The translations under genes and the position numbers were made by a program. A stretch of DNA of 64,000 nt from a candidate division WOR-3 bacterium (GTDB lineage Bacteria > Hydrothermota > Tepidihabitantia > Tepidihabitantales > Tepidihabitantaceae). Location of the stretch: NCBI GenBank assembly GCA_965649295.1, contig CBFGKH010000002.1, positions 192,001 through 256,000 of the forward strand. Direction: 5' to 3'. The notes under the pieces were generated by a model. The model searched no databases. It was not told the DNA's origin and was given only the letters and a program-made list of their open reading frames with translations. Shown piece by piece: positions 22,358 to 31,812 of the stretch (within the stretch, counting starts at the first letter, position 1; each line of letters opens with the position of its first letter).

Positions 22358-22516
22358 ATGGCACTTGATGTCTTTCAGCTCCGCAACGAAGTAGTCAACG
22401 AGTACGCCGCTTACGTCCAGGGTTTTCTCAATATCCGTGATGCAAGAATCGGTCAAGCGGTTCAGGCGGCGTTGGCGTCAGGCGCCCTCTGGCCCGAGCC
22501 GCTGACGGGAAGGTGA
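22358..22516 (+). pseudogene. 5' stub of a large defence-associated DEAD/DEAH-box helicase
   Basis: MALDVFQLRNEVVNEYAAYVQGFLNIRDARI...GALWPEPL resembles the N-terminus I recall for DUF1998-containing helicases; ends after 52 codons. Confidence 0.65.
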
Positions 22517-22532
22517 GGGTGAGGGTGAAGGT

Positions 22533-23741
22533 GTGAGTACGACATTCACGTGGCTATCTTTCTCTGAGAAGGAACGACGGCGGGCACTTGATATCATTAG
22601 TCAGTTCAGAGAGCAGGAAACGCGCGATGAGTTGGGGATAGGGTCGGTCCGCGATGCCTATGCAGAGATACTCTTCCCCGGCACCGGAACCGTGCAGACC
22701 CGAGCCAAGTACTTTCTGTTCATTCCGTGGATCTACTTGGCGCTGGAGCGCAAGCAGGTGAAGGGCGTTGATTTTGAATCTCGGGCACGGAGGGCAGAGA
22801 TTGCTCTGATTGAGAGTCTCAGAAAGTCCGGCGACCGGGCCGGTCTCATCGGCGTCGATGCGAGGGCATCGCTGAAGCGCCTACCCAGCGAGATTTACTG
22901 GAGCGGGTTACGGACATGGGGCATCAGGCTTTTCCCGGGCGCGCGGTATCAGTACTTCCGGTACATCGACCGTTTCTATGAGCACCAGCGATGTGGTCAA
23001 GCTGACGGCGACGACCAAGAGAGCGGCAGCGCTGTTCGAGGGAACTGGCACAGCGGCCTGCCGGAACCTGACCCTGGTTTTCCGACAAATGCGGAATTCG
23101 CCCTCTCGCGTGACCAGGCCGTCTACCTCAAGGAGCAGGTGATGTTGAGGGCACCAAACTCCATGCTGGCCTTTCTTGTCGACAGGGGTAAGCCGGTTGG
23201 TGAGGAGGTGAGGTTTCCTTGGGAGCACCCTCAATATGCCGAGATGGGTGACGTCATACAAAGTGAACTTGGGCACGCCCGGCGCTTCTCAGACGCTATG
23301 TACGGAGCCACCATGCTCTATAACCTGATGCTTGCGGAGAAGCGAAGAGAAGGCGAGTGGCGGGAGTCTTACCGTGAAGAACTGGATGGTTGGCGCGACG
23401 ACATCAGCAAGAGGCGGCGCGAGTTCAGGGCGTGGGATATGACCGCATTATGGCACATCGCTGGCAAGAGTGGGATCGTGATTCCGCGACTTGCCAAACT
23501 GTTCACCGAGAGCTGGGTTACCCTTGCCATCCAGAGCGGTCTGTCGGAAACGAACTGGGAGCAGCGTGCACGGCAGATGGTCCATGATCGTGAGCGGCAA
23601 GTGAAGGGGGCGGCCGCTCGGCTTGACGACTCGCGAAAGCTGGAAAGATGGTCAGGTGCTTCGGCGGCCTTCCGAATCAACTACCGCTGGCCACAGGCCA
23701 GGAGAATCACAAACGACATCTTGGCGGGGCTCGGAAGATGA
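22533..23741 (+). CDS. DUF6361-like protein; first gene of a three-gene defence operon (Azaca-like)
   Basis: N-terminal 'WL.FS..ERRRALD...ETRDELGIG.VRDAYA..LFPGT.TVQTRAKYFLFIPW', 'PS.IYWSGL..WGI'. Confidence 0.8.
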   Translation: MSTTFTWLSFSEKERRRALDIISQFREQETRDELGIGSVRDAYAEILFPGTGTVQTRAKYFLFIPWIYLALERKQVKGVDFESRARRAEIALIESLRKSGDRAGLIGVDARASLKRLPSEIYWSGLRTWGIRLFPGARYQYFRYIDRFYEHQRCGQADGDDQESGSAVRGNWHSGLPEPDPGFPTNAEFALSRDQAVYLKEQVMLRAPNSMLAFLVDRGKPVGEEVRFPWEHPQYAEMGDVIQSELGHARRFSDAMYGATMLYNLMLAEKRREGEWRESYREELDGWRDDISKRRREFRAWDMTALWHIAGKSGIVIPRLAKLFTESWVTLAIQSGLSETNWEQRARQMVHDRERQVKGAAARLDDSRKLERWSGASAAFRINYRWPQARRITNDILAGLGR

Positions 23742-25597
23742 ACAGTCTGCTTGCTCCACAGGACCGAACCGGTCTGTTGGAAATGCTGCGGCCGCCCGAT
23801 GGTTACCACATCACCGACGCCATCGGCGCCACCTATTCGCTTGACCTTGCCACCTTGCTTTCGATCCCGGTGGCAATGACATTTCCGTACTGGGAAGATG
23901 ACAGTCATAGCTCAGAGACTTCCTCCTTAGTGGTCTTACAATCACTGCGGCGCCAGGCGGACCGGATTACGGTGTTTTGCCAGGCAGGGGGCATCAAGTT
24001 GCCCACACGCAACAAACTCCTGTTGAGCTACCTCGAGAAATCGGTATACGATGTCACCGCGAGGAGCCGTTTCGGAGTCTTCCACCCAAAAGTATGGGTA
24101 ATCCGGTTCGAAGGGCAGAAGAAGAGCATACGCTATCGGCTGCTCTGTCTTACCAGGAATCTCACGTTTGACCAGTCGTGGGACACGGCGCTGGCGATGG
24201 ACGGCGAACTCACTGGCCGCAGCAAGCCCTACGCGAAAAACCACGGCATATGCGACCTCCTAGGTGCTCTACCAACCCTTGCTCTCGCCCGACCCGTGCC
24301 GCGGGAGCGGGTGTCGGCTATCAGGCGTATTGTGCACGAGCTCCGAGTCGTCGATTTCGAGGTACCGGACGGCTTCGATGATTACGTTACCTGGTCGTCC
24401 GGAATCGGACGGCGCAGTTCGTGGCCATTTGAACGCTGGTGCGACCGCTTCCTAGTAGTGTCGCCATTCCTGTCGGACGTGGTTCTTCGTCGTCTTGTCA
24501 AGAACAGCAGCGAACGGCGGTCATTACTGATTTCGCAGCCTGCCGCCATCGATTCGCTGCCTTCCAGCACCAGGGCGGCGTTCAAGAAGACCTTCGTTCT
24601 CAATCCAGCGGCTGAACTCGATGGCGCGGCAATGGTTGAGTCTGAAGAAGATATTGCCCAAGCCGGCGGTCTCCACGCCAAGCTGTACCTGCAGGAGAAA
24701 GGCTGGTATGCCACAGTCTGGACCGGCTCAGCCAATGCAACCGATGCCGCGTTCGAACAAAACGTTGAGTTCATGGTGGGGCTGAAGGGAATGCGTAGCC
24801 GAGTTGGGATAGACGTTCTCTTGGCCAAGGACAAGAACCAAACCAGTCTGTTCGATATGCTGGAGGAATATTCACCCGAAAGCGACAATCAGCCAGCGGG
24901 TGATGTGCAAGCGCGGCTCGACAGAGCGGCCGCTGACGCCGCACGCTCGCTGGCTGAATCCCGACCGGAGTGCAGGGTCAGCCGCAGGCAGAGAGGGTGC
25001 TTCACGATGCAAGTCAGAACAACGAGGGGCAGGTGGCATCCGTCCGACTCCATTTGTGCCGTCTGCTGGCCGGTCAGTCTACAGGAATCGTCGGCCGTCA
25101 CCCTAGACAGAACTGGCTCCGCTACGTTTGAGAACGTGACGATAGAGGCACTCACTTCGTTCTTTGCCTTTGACGTAACCTTCTCTGAGGGCCCACGCCG
25201 TTCGCTCCATCGCCGGTTTGTCCTGAACCTGCCGCTGGTCGGTGTGCCGGCAGAAAGAGAGGATGTTGTTCTGCGAACGCTCTTATCCTCTCACGGCCAC
25301 GTGCTGCGGTTCCTGTTGCTGCTCCTGGGCAATGACGAAGTAGGTGGTCCTGACCATCACACGGGCTGGTCGTGGTCCCAAGACCCGTGCGGCGTTCGAT
25401 CGGAATCCGTAGTTACTGAGCCAACGTTGTTTGAGTTGCTGGTACGCACGCTGGTGCGAGACCGTGACCGTCTCAAGGAAGTCGCTCGCCTGGTTGATGA
25501 CCTGCGTCGGACTGATGAAGGAACCAAGTTACTACCACCGGGCTTTGACAGCATTTGGGATCCGGTCTGGGAAGCGTATCAGAGGACCCGCCGATGA
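23738..25597 (+). CDS. Phospholipase D-superfamily (nuclease-like) protein
   Basis: Two HxK motifs (FHPKVW...TRNLT; LHAKLY...GSANAT...NVE); ATGA overlaps on both sides. Confidence 0.85.
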   Translation: MNSLLAPQDRTGLLEMLRPPDGYHITDAIGATYSLDLATLLSIPVAMTFPYWEDDSHSSETSSLVVLQSLRRQADRITVFCQAGGIKLPTRNKLLLSYLEKSVYDVTARSRFGVFHPKVWVIRFEGQKKSIRYRLLCLTRNLTFDQSWDTALAMDGELTGRSKPYAKNHGICDLLGALPTLALARPVPRERVSAIRRIVHELRVVDFEVPDGFDDYVTWSSGIGRRSSWPFERWCDRFLVVSPFLSDVVLRRLVKNSSERRSLLISQPAAIDSLPSSTRAAFKKTFVLNPAAELDGAAMVESEEDIAQAGGLHAKLYLQEKGWYATVWTGSANATDAAFEQNVEFMVGLKGMRSRVGIDVLLAKDKNQTSLFDMLEEYSPESDNQPAGDVQARLDRAAADAARSLAESRPECRVSRRQRGCFTMQVRTTRGRWHPSDSICAVCWPVSLQESSAVTLDRTGSATFENVTIEALTSFFAFDVTFSEGPRRSLHRRFVLNLPLVGVPAEREDVVLRTLLSSHGHVLRFLLLLLGNDEVGGPDHHTGWSWSQDPCGVRSESVVTEPTLFELLVRTLVRDRDRLKEVARLVDDLRRTDEGTKLLPPGFDSIWDPVWEAYQRTRR

Positions 25598-28500
25598 AAC
25601 GACACTCAGGGCTGGTGGACGTCGAGAAGGTCTTGTCCGTGCTCAAACGCTTTCAGCGCGACACCGTGGACTACGTCTTCGGTCGGATGTATCTTGACAA
25701 CGACAAGACACGGCGGTTTCTGGTAGCCGATGAGGTCGGCCTCGGGAAGACACTCGTGGCACGCGGAGTCATCGCGCGCGTGATAGAGCATCTGGACAAA
25801 GAAGGACTTCCGCGGATAGACATAGTCTATATCTGCTCTAATGCCGATATCGCCCGTCAGAACATCGCGCGACTGAACGTAACCGGCAAGGATGACTTTG
25901 AGTTCACCTCGCGAATCACGATGCTGCCCGATGTCCTGCGCGACCTGAATGCTAACCGCGTTAATCTGGTGTCATTTACCCCGAGTACGTCATTTGACTT
26001 GGAGTCCGGCACCGGCCGAGCCGAGGAGCGAGCACTAATGTGCCGGTTGCTGGGTGGCGCATTCGACCTGCCGAGAACCGGTCTGATGAACGTCCTGCAG
26101 GTGAAAAAGGAGACCGGCGACTTCCGCTGGCTGGTTCGTAAGTACGAAGGCTGCGATTTGAGTAAGGAGATTTCTGATAGCTTCCCCCGCGCCGTAAAAC
26201 GGGCTTCCGACATTCTCCCGCAGCTACGTGAGCTCTGTCGAGCATTTCGCCGGACACGTAAGAACATCCCTCCTGATGAGCGGAACGCGTGCAGGATGAT
26301 AGTTGGCAAGTTGCGTGCGCTGCTGGCAGCTACGTGTCGTGAAGTGCTGAAACCCGCCCTCATTATTCTCGACGAATTCCAGCGGTTCAGGTACCTCCTT
26401 GAAGGTACCAGTGAAGCAGGACTGCTCGCCCGTGAGATGTTCGAGTATTCCAAGGGAGAAACCCAAGCACGGGTTCTACTTCTCTCGGCGACTCCGTACA
26501 AGATGTACACGATCGACGGAGTTGATGACGAGGATCACTACAAGGATTTTCAGCACACGCTCCAATTCCTGGCAGAGGGTTGCGAAGATGCCCCCGACTT
26601 CGAGTTGCTGCTGCGAGAATACCGCAGCGAACTACTAAGGCTGAACCATCCCAGAGGGCGATTCCAGGAGGCCAAAGAGCGACTGGAGAAGGCCCTGCGT
26701 AAGGTGATGGTGCGAACCGAGCGGCTGGCCGTGACTCCGGACCGCAGCGGAATGCTCAACTTCTCGACTGAGCTGCCAGTTCGCCTGCGGGCCTCCGATC
26801 TCTCAGCGTACGTCGCCACACAACGGCTGGCCACAGAACTTCGTTGCGGAGACGTACTGGAACTGTGGAAATCGACACCCTATATGCTGAATTTCATGGA
26901 GGGGTACAAGCTGAAGCAGCTTCTGCGGGAGCGCGTCGAAAAGAACGGAGGCGGGGCAGCGATCGTCCGGGCAATCGAAGGGTTACCCGACTTGCTGGCG
27001 CGTGCTGATATCGAGCGCTACCGGGCAATCGACCCTGGCAACGCCCGGCTTCGGGCGCTGGTGGAAGACATCCTTGACAAGGGACTTTGGAAACTGCTCT
27101 GGGTTCCGCCTGCCCTTCCTTATTACGACTTAGGCGGTCCGTTCTCCGACGAGGCGGCCCAGCGGTTCACAAAGAGGCTTGTATTCTCCACTTGGCGGCT
27201 GGTGCCACGGGTCATCTCGGCCGTGCTCAGCTACGAAGCTGAGCGACGAATGGTCACCTCCTTTTTCCCCCGTGCCGTCAATCCGCAAGGTGAGAGAAGA
27301 CGTCGTCCGCCCCTGCTCAGATTCAGCAAGACCGATGGCAGGTTGACCGGCATGCCAGTCCTTGGCCTGGTCTACCCATGTTTCACTTTGGTGCGCGAGT
27401 GTGATCCACTGCAGTTCTTTATCGAACGAGGCCAACGGCCTTCTCTCCAGCTGCTGATGCACGAAATGGAGCACAGAATCCAGCGGATGTTGGGCAGACT
27501 GAGGGTGCGTAATGTCGAAGATGGTCGCGAAGATGAGACTTGGTACTGGCTTACGCCCTTGCTGCTCGACTACGAGCACAACCCGCGGGCATTCTCGTCC
27601 TGGTTCGATCGCGACGACCTGGCACAACGCTGGAGTCGCGGTCTCACCGACGAGGTGTCAGCATATTGGGAAGATCACGTGAACGAGGCACGTCGCCGTG
27701 TTGACGAGTACCGGGCGGGAAAGCAGGTGCTCGGGCGCCGCCCAGCGGACTTGGCAGAGGTCTTGGCACAGTCGGGGATTGCCGGGTTCGGCACCGTCGT
27801 CCTGCGGGCACTGTGCCGCGTTGCCGGCAGTAGAAGGGCCGCTACTAATGTACTGGTTCGCGACGCGAGCGCAGCGCCGGCGCACTCATTTCTCTCCCTT
27901 TTTAACGCGCAGGACGCCATGCCGATGATCAGAGGGTTGACCAAGAGAGGAAACGCCAAGGGCCAGCCCTACTGGCGACTTGTCATTAAGTATGCCCTTG
28001 AAGGGGGACTGCAAGCGGTGATGGACGAGTACGTTCACTTACTGCATGATTCGCCCGAGTATGTCGACCACGCCCCTGAAAGAGCTGTCGCGGCTGTAGC
28101 TGAAGCAGTGCAAACCGCGATGGCGCTTAGGCCAGCACAGCCAGGTATAGACTGGGTCAGCGTCACCCCCCGCAGCCGTAAGGTCAGAATCGAGGGCGGG
28201 AGACTACGGAACAGGTTCGCAGTGCGGTTCGGCGACGATGAGGCGGATCTGGCACGCGAAGGCGTGCGTGCCGAACAGATTCGCAAGGCCTTCAATTCGC
28301 CGTTCTGGCCATTTGTGCTGGCAACGACTTCGGTCGGCCAGGAAGGCCTTGACTTTCATTGCTATTGCCATGCGGTGGTGCACTGGAACCTGCCAGCTAA
28401 CCCTGTTGACCTGGAGCAACGCGAGGGACGCGTACACCGCTACAAAGGACTCGCGGTTCGCCGCAACCTGGCGGTCCGCTACGGGTCCGGCAGGTTGCTG

Positions 28501-28812
28501 GCGGGCGGAGCCGATCCGTGGGCCACGATGTTCCAACTTGCGGTACGCGACCAACCGCCGGGGCGCGGCGACATTTGGCCCTATTGGGTTTGTACCTGCG
28601 AGAAAGGGGTAATGATTGAGCGCCACGTGCCAATGCTACCACTAAGTCGAGAATCCGATCGGCTAAGCTGGCTCCAACGCTCGCTGGCCGCCTATCGCAT
28701 GGTCTTTGGTCAGGCCCGCCAAGAGGACCTGCTGCAGTACCTCATGGCGAGCGGAGCGGCTGACAACGTTGCAGACTTGACAATGGACCTGAGTCCACCG
28801 GGTCAACGCTAG
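25594..28812 (+). CDS. SF2 helicase
   Basis: ADEVGLGKT, LDEFQ, LLSATPY, FNSPFWPFVLATTSVGQEGLDFH, DLEQREGRVHRY. Confidence 0.92.
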   Translation: MKRHSGLVDVEKVLSVLKRFQRDTVDYVFGRMYLDNDKTRRFLVADEVGLGKTLVARGVIARVIEHLDKEGLPRIDIVYICSNADIARQNIARLNVTGKDDFEFTSRITMLPDVLRDLNANRVNLVSFTPSTSFDLESGTGRAEERALMCRLLGGAFDLPRTGLMNVLQVKKETGDFRWLVRKYEGCDLSKEISDSFPRAVKRASDILPQLRELCRAFRRTRKNIPPDERNACRMIVGKLRALLAATCREVLKPALIILDEFQRFRYLLEGTSEAGLLAREMFEYSKGETQARVLLLSATPYKMYTIDGVDDEDHYKDFQHTLQFLAEGCEDAPDFELLLREYRSELLRLNHPRGRFQEAKERLEKALRKVMVRTERLAVTPDRSGMLNFSTELPVRLRASDLSAYVATQRLATELRCGDVLELWKSTPYMLNFMEGYKLKQLLRERVEKNGGGAAIVRAIEGLPDLLARADIERYRAIDPGNARLRALVEDILDKGLWKLLWVPPALPYYDLGGPFSDEAAQRFTKRLVFSTWRLVPRVISAVLSYEAERRMVTSFFPRAVNPQGERRRRPPLLRFSKTDGRLTGMPVLGLVYPCFTLVRECDPLQFFIERGQRPSLQLLMHEMEHRIQRMLGRLRVRNVEDGREDETWYWLTPLLLDYEHNPRAFSSWFDRDDLAQRWSRGLTDEVSAYWEDHVNEARRRVDEYRAGKQVLGRRPADLAEVLAQSGIAGFGTVVLRALCRVAGSRRAATNVLVRDASAAPAHSFLSLFNAQDAMPMIRGLTKRGNAKGQPYWRLVIKYALEGGLQAVMDEYVHLLHDSPEYVDHAPERAVAAVAEAVQTAMALRPAQPGIDWVSVTPRSRKVRIEGGRLRNRFAVRFGDDEADLAREGVRAEQIRKAFNSPFWPFVLATTSVGQEGLDFHCYCHAVVHWNLPANPVDLEQREGRVHRYKGLAVRRNLAVRYGSGRLLAGGADPWATMFQLAVRDQPPGRGDIWPYWVCTCEKGVMIERHVPMLPLSRESDRLSWLQRSLAAYRMVFGQARQEDLLQYLMASGAADNVADLTMDLSPPGQR

Positions 28813-28813
28813 C

Positions 28814-28981
28814 ATGCTGTCTCGCCCTTTTGAGTACACTCGCGTGGAGCTGCCGTTCATCGAGTAGCTCAAGGGCATGGGCTGGCAGCACGTGGAGGGC
28901 GATACCTAAGTTCCGGGCCTGAGTCCCAGCGGCAAGGAGAGCTTCCGCGAGGTGTTGCTGGTTGACCGGCTGTTTGGCTAA
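28814..28981 (+). pseudogene. hsdR: Decayed 5' fragment of type I restriction endonuclease R subunit
   Basis: MLSRPFEYTRVELPFIE*LKGMGWQHVEGDT*VPGLSPSGKESFREVLLVDRLFG*, HsdR-like N-terminus with stops at 28865 (TAG) and 28907 (TAA). Confidence 0.7.
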
Positions 28982-29011
28982 AGCCTGACCGGCTGGCAAC
29001 GAGGCCGGCGG

Positions 29012-30820
29012 TTATGCTGGCTGAGCTTGGGATTCGAGGACTTCGGCGCAGGGAACGCCGTCAACGAGGCTGACCCGCACTGCGGTTGCTGTTTCCCATT
29101 CGGGTTTTGTCCGCAGCCGGGCTAGGGCAGTGCCGACGACTTGGTCAAAGGCTCGGTTGAGCGGCCGGGCACCGTATTCCGGGTCAAACCCCTGTTTGCG
29201 AATGAGCTTGCGGACAGCGTCGTCGAGGACGATGCGGCGGCGGGTCAGTTCGCCAAGGCGCAGTAGCTTCTGGTCAATGAAGCGGGTCATCATCTCGCTG
29301 GTGAGCGGTCGGAAGACAAGGACGCCGTCAAGCCGGCCGAGAAACTCGGCCGGAAACTTCAGTTTGGTGGCGGTGAGAAACTGGCGCACGGCCTCGCTGG
29401 TCGGCTCGGGCCCGAAGCCGCGGACTCGGGTCCATTGTTCGCGCTTGTCGAAGCCGACGTTGCAGGTCATCAGCACGATGTAGGACCCAAGGTGAAGGAC
29501 GTTGCCCTGCAGGTCGGTCATCCGGCCATAGTCGAACGCCTGCAGAAATGCTGTCCAGACCTCTTCGTCGGCCTTCTCGAACTCGTCGAGCAGCAGCACG
29601 CCATAGGGATGGCTGCGCAGTCCGAGGGTGAGCGGCGGCAGGTATTCTGGACTTTCCGGGCTGGGGGTTCCGGGTCGGCCGAGGAGCGAATAGAGCTGTT
29701 TGTGGACCGACATGTCAATGCGAATCAGGTGTTCTTCGCTGCCCATATAGACGCTGGCCAGAGCCTTGGCCAGTTCGGTCTTGCCGACGCCGCTCGGCCC
29801 GGTGCACATAAAGACGGCGAGTGGCCGTTCGGGGTTCAGTTGTACCCGGTTGCGCGTGACCTGCAGCCGGCGGCAGATGGCGGCGATGGCCTCTTCCTGG
29901 CCGAGCACGCGCCGGTTGAGCTCGGCTTCGAGGGCGTCGGCGTGTTCGTCACCGGTGACCCGGCCGGCGTCCGGGATGCCGGTCAGCTCGGCCACGGCCG
30001 TGCGCAGCTCCTGTTCGCCGACGGTCGGCTGCCCGGTTGTGCCGGCCAAGACAAACGCGCCTTCGAGCAGGTCAACGGCCTTGTCCGGCTGGCAGCGAAA
30101 CGGCAGGTATTCGTCGGCCAGTCGTATCGCGGTGCGGGCGAGTTGGGGACGGGCCGTGATGCCAAAGTGGCGTTCGAGCACCCGACATTCGGCCTCAACA
30201 ATCCGTTCGAGCACCGGGCCTTCAGGCGGCAGGATATAGACCGGCTGAAAACGGCGCACCAGCGCGTCCTCGCGGCCGAGCAGGCGGTGAAACTCGGCTG
30301 TGGTCGTTGCGCCGATAATCTTCAGTCGGCCGTCGGCGAGATAGGGCTTGATGACGTTGGAGCTGATTTCAAACCAGCGGATGGTATGGAACTCGTCGAA
30401 GAATAGTACGACCGGAGTCTGGACCGCCTCTTTGAGCAGCCGGGAGAGAAGCCGCATGTAGCTGTTGAACTCCCAGGTGCTGCTATCGGCTGCGCCGTGA
30501 ATCTGCTGAAAGCTGGTGCGGATTACTTTTCGACCCTGCAGCCACTTGGGCACCTGGTTCTGGACAATGCGCCAGGCAAGACAGCGGACAAGAGACGACT
30601 TGCCGACACCGGCGTCGCCAAGAATGACCGGGTTGGCCTTGGTGCGGCGGCCAAGAATCCGTATCAACTGGTCCAGCGCTTCCTCGCGGCCAACCACATC
30701 GTCGGCAGTCAGGTCCTTCACCGCCACCGTCAAGTCCTCGCCGCACTTGTAGAAGACCGAATCATCGGGCAAAGGCTGGGTGGGAAAGAAGGCATCGGCG
30801 AATAGCTCACCGGTAACCAT
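29012..30820 (-). CDS. ClpA/B/C-family double AAA+ ATPase lacking the N-terminal Clp-repeat domain
   Basis: VVGRE..RRTKANPVILGDAGVGKS, FFDEFH, IGATT, RRFQ, PDKAVDL, LGQEEAI, GPSGVGKTELAK, LLDEFEKA, YGARPL. Confidence 0.9.
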   Translation of the reverse strand: MVTGELFADAFFPTQPLPDDSVFYKCGEDLTVAVKDLTADDVVGREEALDQLIRILGRRTKANPVILGDAGVGKSSLVRCLAWRIVQNQVPKWLQGRKVIRTSFQQIHGAADSSTWEFNSYMRLLSRLLKEAVQTPVVLFFDEFHTIRWFEISSNVIKPYLADGRLKIIGATTTAEFHRLLGREDALVRRFQPVYILPPEGPVLERIVEAECRVLERHFGITARPQLARTAIRLADEYLPFRCQPDKAVDLLEGAFVLAGTTGQPTVGEQELRTAVAELTGIPDAGRVTGDEHADALEAELNRRVLGQEEAIAAICRRLQVTRNRVQLNPERPLAVFMCTGPSGVGKTELAKALASVYMGSEEHLIRIDMSVHKQLYSLLGRPGTPSPESPEYLPPLTLGLRSHPYGVLLLDEFEKADEEVWTAFLQAFDYGRMTDLQGNVLHLGSYIVLMTCNVGFDKREQWTRVRGFGPEPTSEAVRQFLTATKLKFPAEFLGRLDGVLVFRPLTSEMMTRFIDQKLLRLGELTRRRIVLDDAVRKLIRKQGFDPEYGARPLNRAFDQVVGTALARLRTKPEWETATAVRVSLVDGVPCAEVLESQAQPA

Positions 30821-31312
30821 CGTCTGCTCCCTTCTGGCGAGCGGCCGGCAGGAGTGGCCGGAAAGCGCTGATGCTGGCATCGGAACCGACTGCGGCCTTG
30901 ACAATAGCAGTAGCCCGGGCCGCTAATAGGCTGGTGACTTTTGGTCTTTGGTGGTCGCGACTACGGTCTGAGCCGTCACCCTGAAAGGGGACAACCTCGC
31001 GGGCAAAGTCCGGTCGTGCGCCCCGTGTTGTAGCCCCAGAAAGGCCAGAATCGGTGAGAATATCCGTGCTCTCCACTGCCGTCTCCAATCTAGCGCGAAG
31101 TTCAGGGCAGGATAGCAACCGTATAGCCAAGGTCAAGAAAATAATGCCCGAAGTCCCATCTTCATCAACTGCACCCGACCACGAAGGCGAAAGTTAACAT
31201 ACCGGCTACCTCCAGAAGTATAAAGTTAGTACCACTGCCAAAGACGGGCCGGAATGGTGTAAAGGATTGTATCTTGGAGCCTTAGACCGAATCGGCCAAA
31301 CTACCCTAGGGC

Positions 31313-31620
31313 GTCCCGGGGGTCACTCCCCCAGTTGTCCCAGTAGCGGCCTCCCGAGCTACTCTGGCCGTTGCTTGACCGGCTGTTGGTGGAGCTATCC
31401 TTCGAGCTACTGGCCGGGCTGCTTTAGGGGTTGTCTGACCCAGGGTTTGGCGCGCTCTTGGGAGGAGAGTCTCGGGCGCTCTTCGGGGCTGGGCTTGGGC
31501 AGTGGCTTGGGCCGCTCTCTGCTCAGGAGCCTGCCCAGCTCTTTAGCGCTCTCTCCCTTCGGCTCTTCTGTGAGCTGCTCGACACGCGCTCTTAGCAGCC
31601 TACTGTCTTCTAGTGTTCTT
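31313..31620. repeat. 12-nt-periodic intergenic element, copy 2 (about 25 units)
   Basis: Anchor GTCCCGGGGG, then units such as agctactctggc, ggctgttggtgg, agctatccttcg, agctactggccg, ggctgctttagg, cgctcttgggag, cgctcttcgggg, agctctttagcg, ggctcttctgtg. Confidence 0.75.
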
Positions 31621-31705
31621 GGCGGGTGAGAGAAGGGCGGCCACTGTCCTTGCGGTGCTGATGGTCTCTGCACTAACCCGAGACAGTTGCCACCCGTTTC
31701 GGCAA

Positions 31706-31779
31706 TGGGCCCGGTCCGGGTCGAACGGACGACCGGCTGATTATGAGTCAGCTGCTCTTACCAACTGAGCTACGGGCCC
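31706..31779 (-). tRNA. tRNA with CAU anticodon, most likely tRNA-Ile2 (lysidine); CCA not encoded
   Basis: GGGCCCG-TAGCTCAGTTGGTAAGAGCA-GCTGA-CTCATAA-TCAGC-CGGTC-GTCCG-TTCGACC-CGGAC-CGGGCCC-A; full cloverleaf; G1:C72 pair and no GGG/CCC anticodon stem, so not initiator. Confidence 0.93.
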
Positions 31780-31812
31780 GCGGGCAAATGGTAATCAAAA
31801 GGGAGCAGCGGG

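Noticed and set aside
28865..28909. TAG/TAA recoding in the hsdR-like fragment
   Set aside because: Two different stop types, and the frame ends after about 55 codons; ordinary decay
31321..31620. CRISPR array interpretation of the periodic tracts
   Set aside because: No identical 23-47-nt repeats with spacers and no cas genes; units are 12 nt and degenerate
22150..31706. Integrative element with att duplication of the tRNA 3' end
   Set aside because: No integrase found, and I could not see a copy of the tRNA 3' end near the left boundary
31706..31779. tRNA as tRNA-Sec or a UGA suppressor
   Set aside because: Anticodon is CAU with a short variable loop and normal 7-bp acceptor stem
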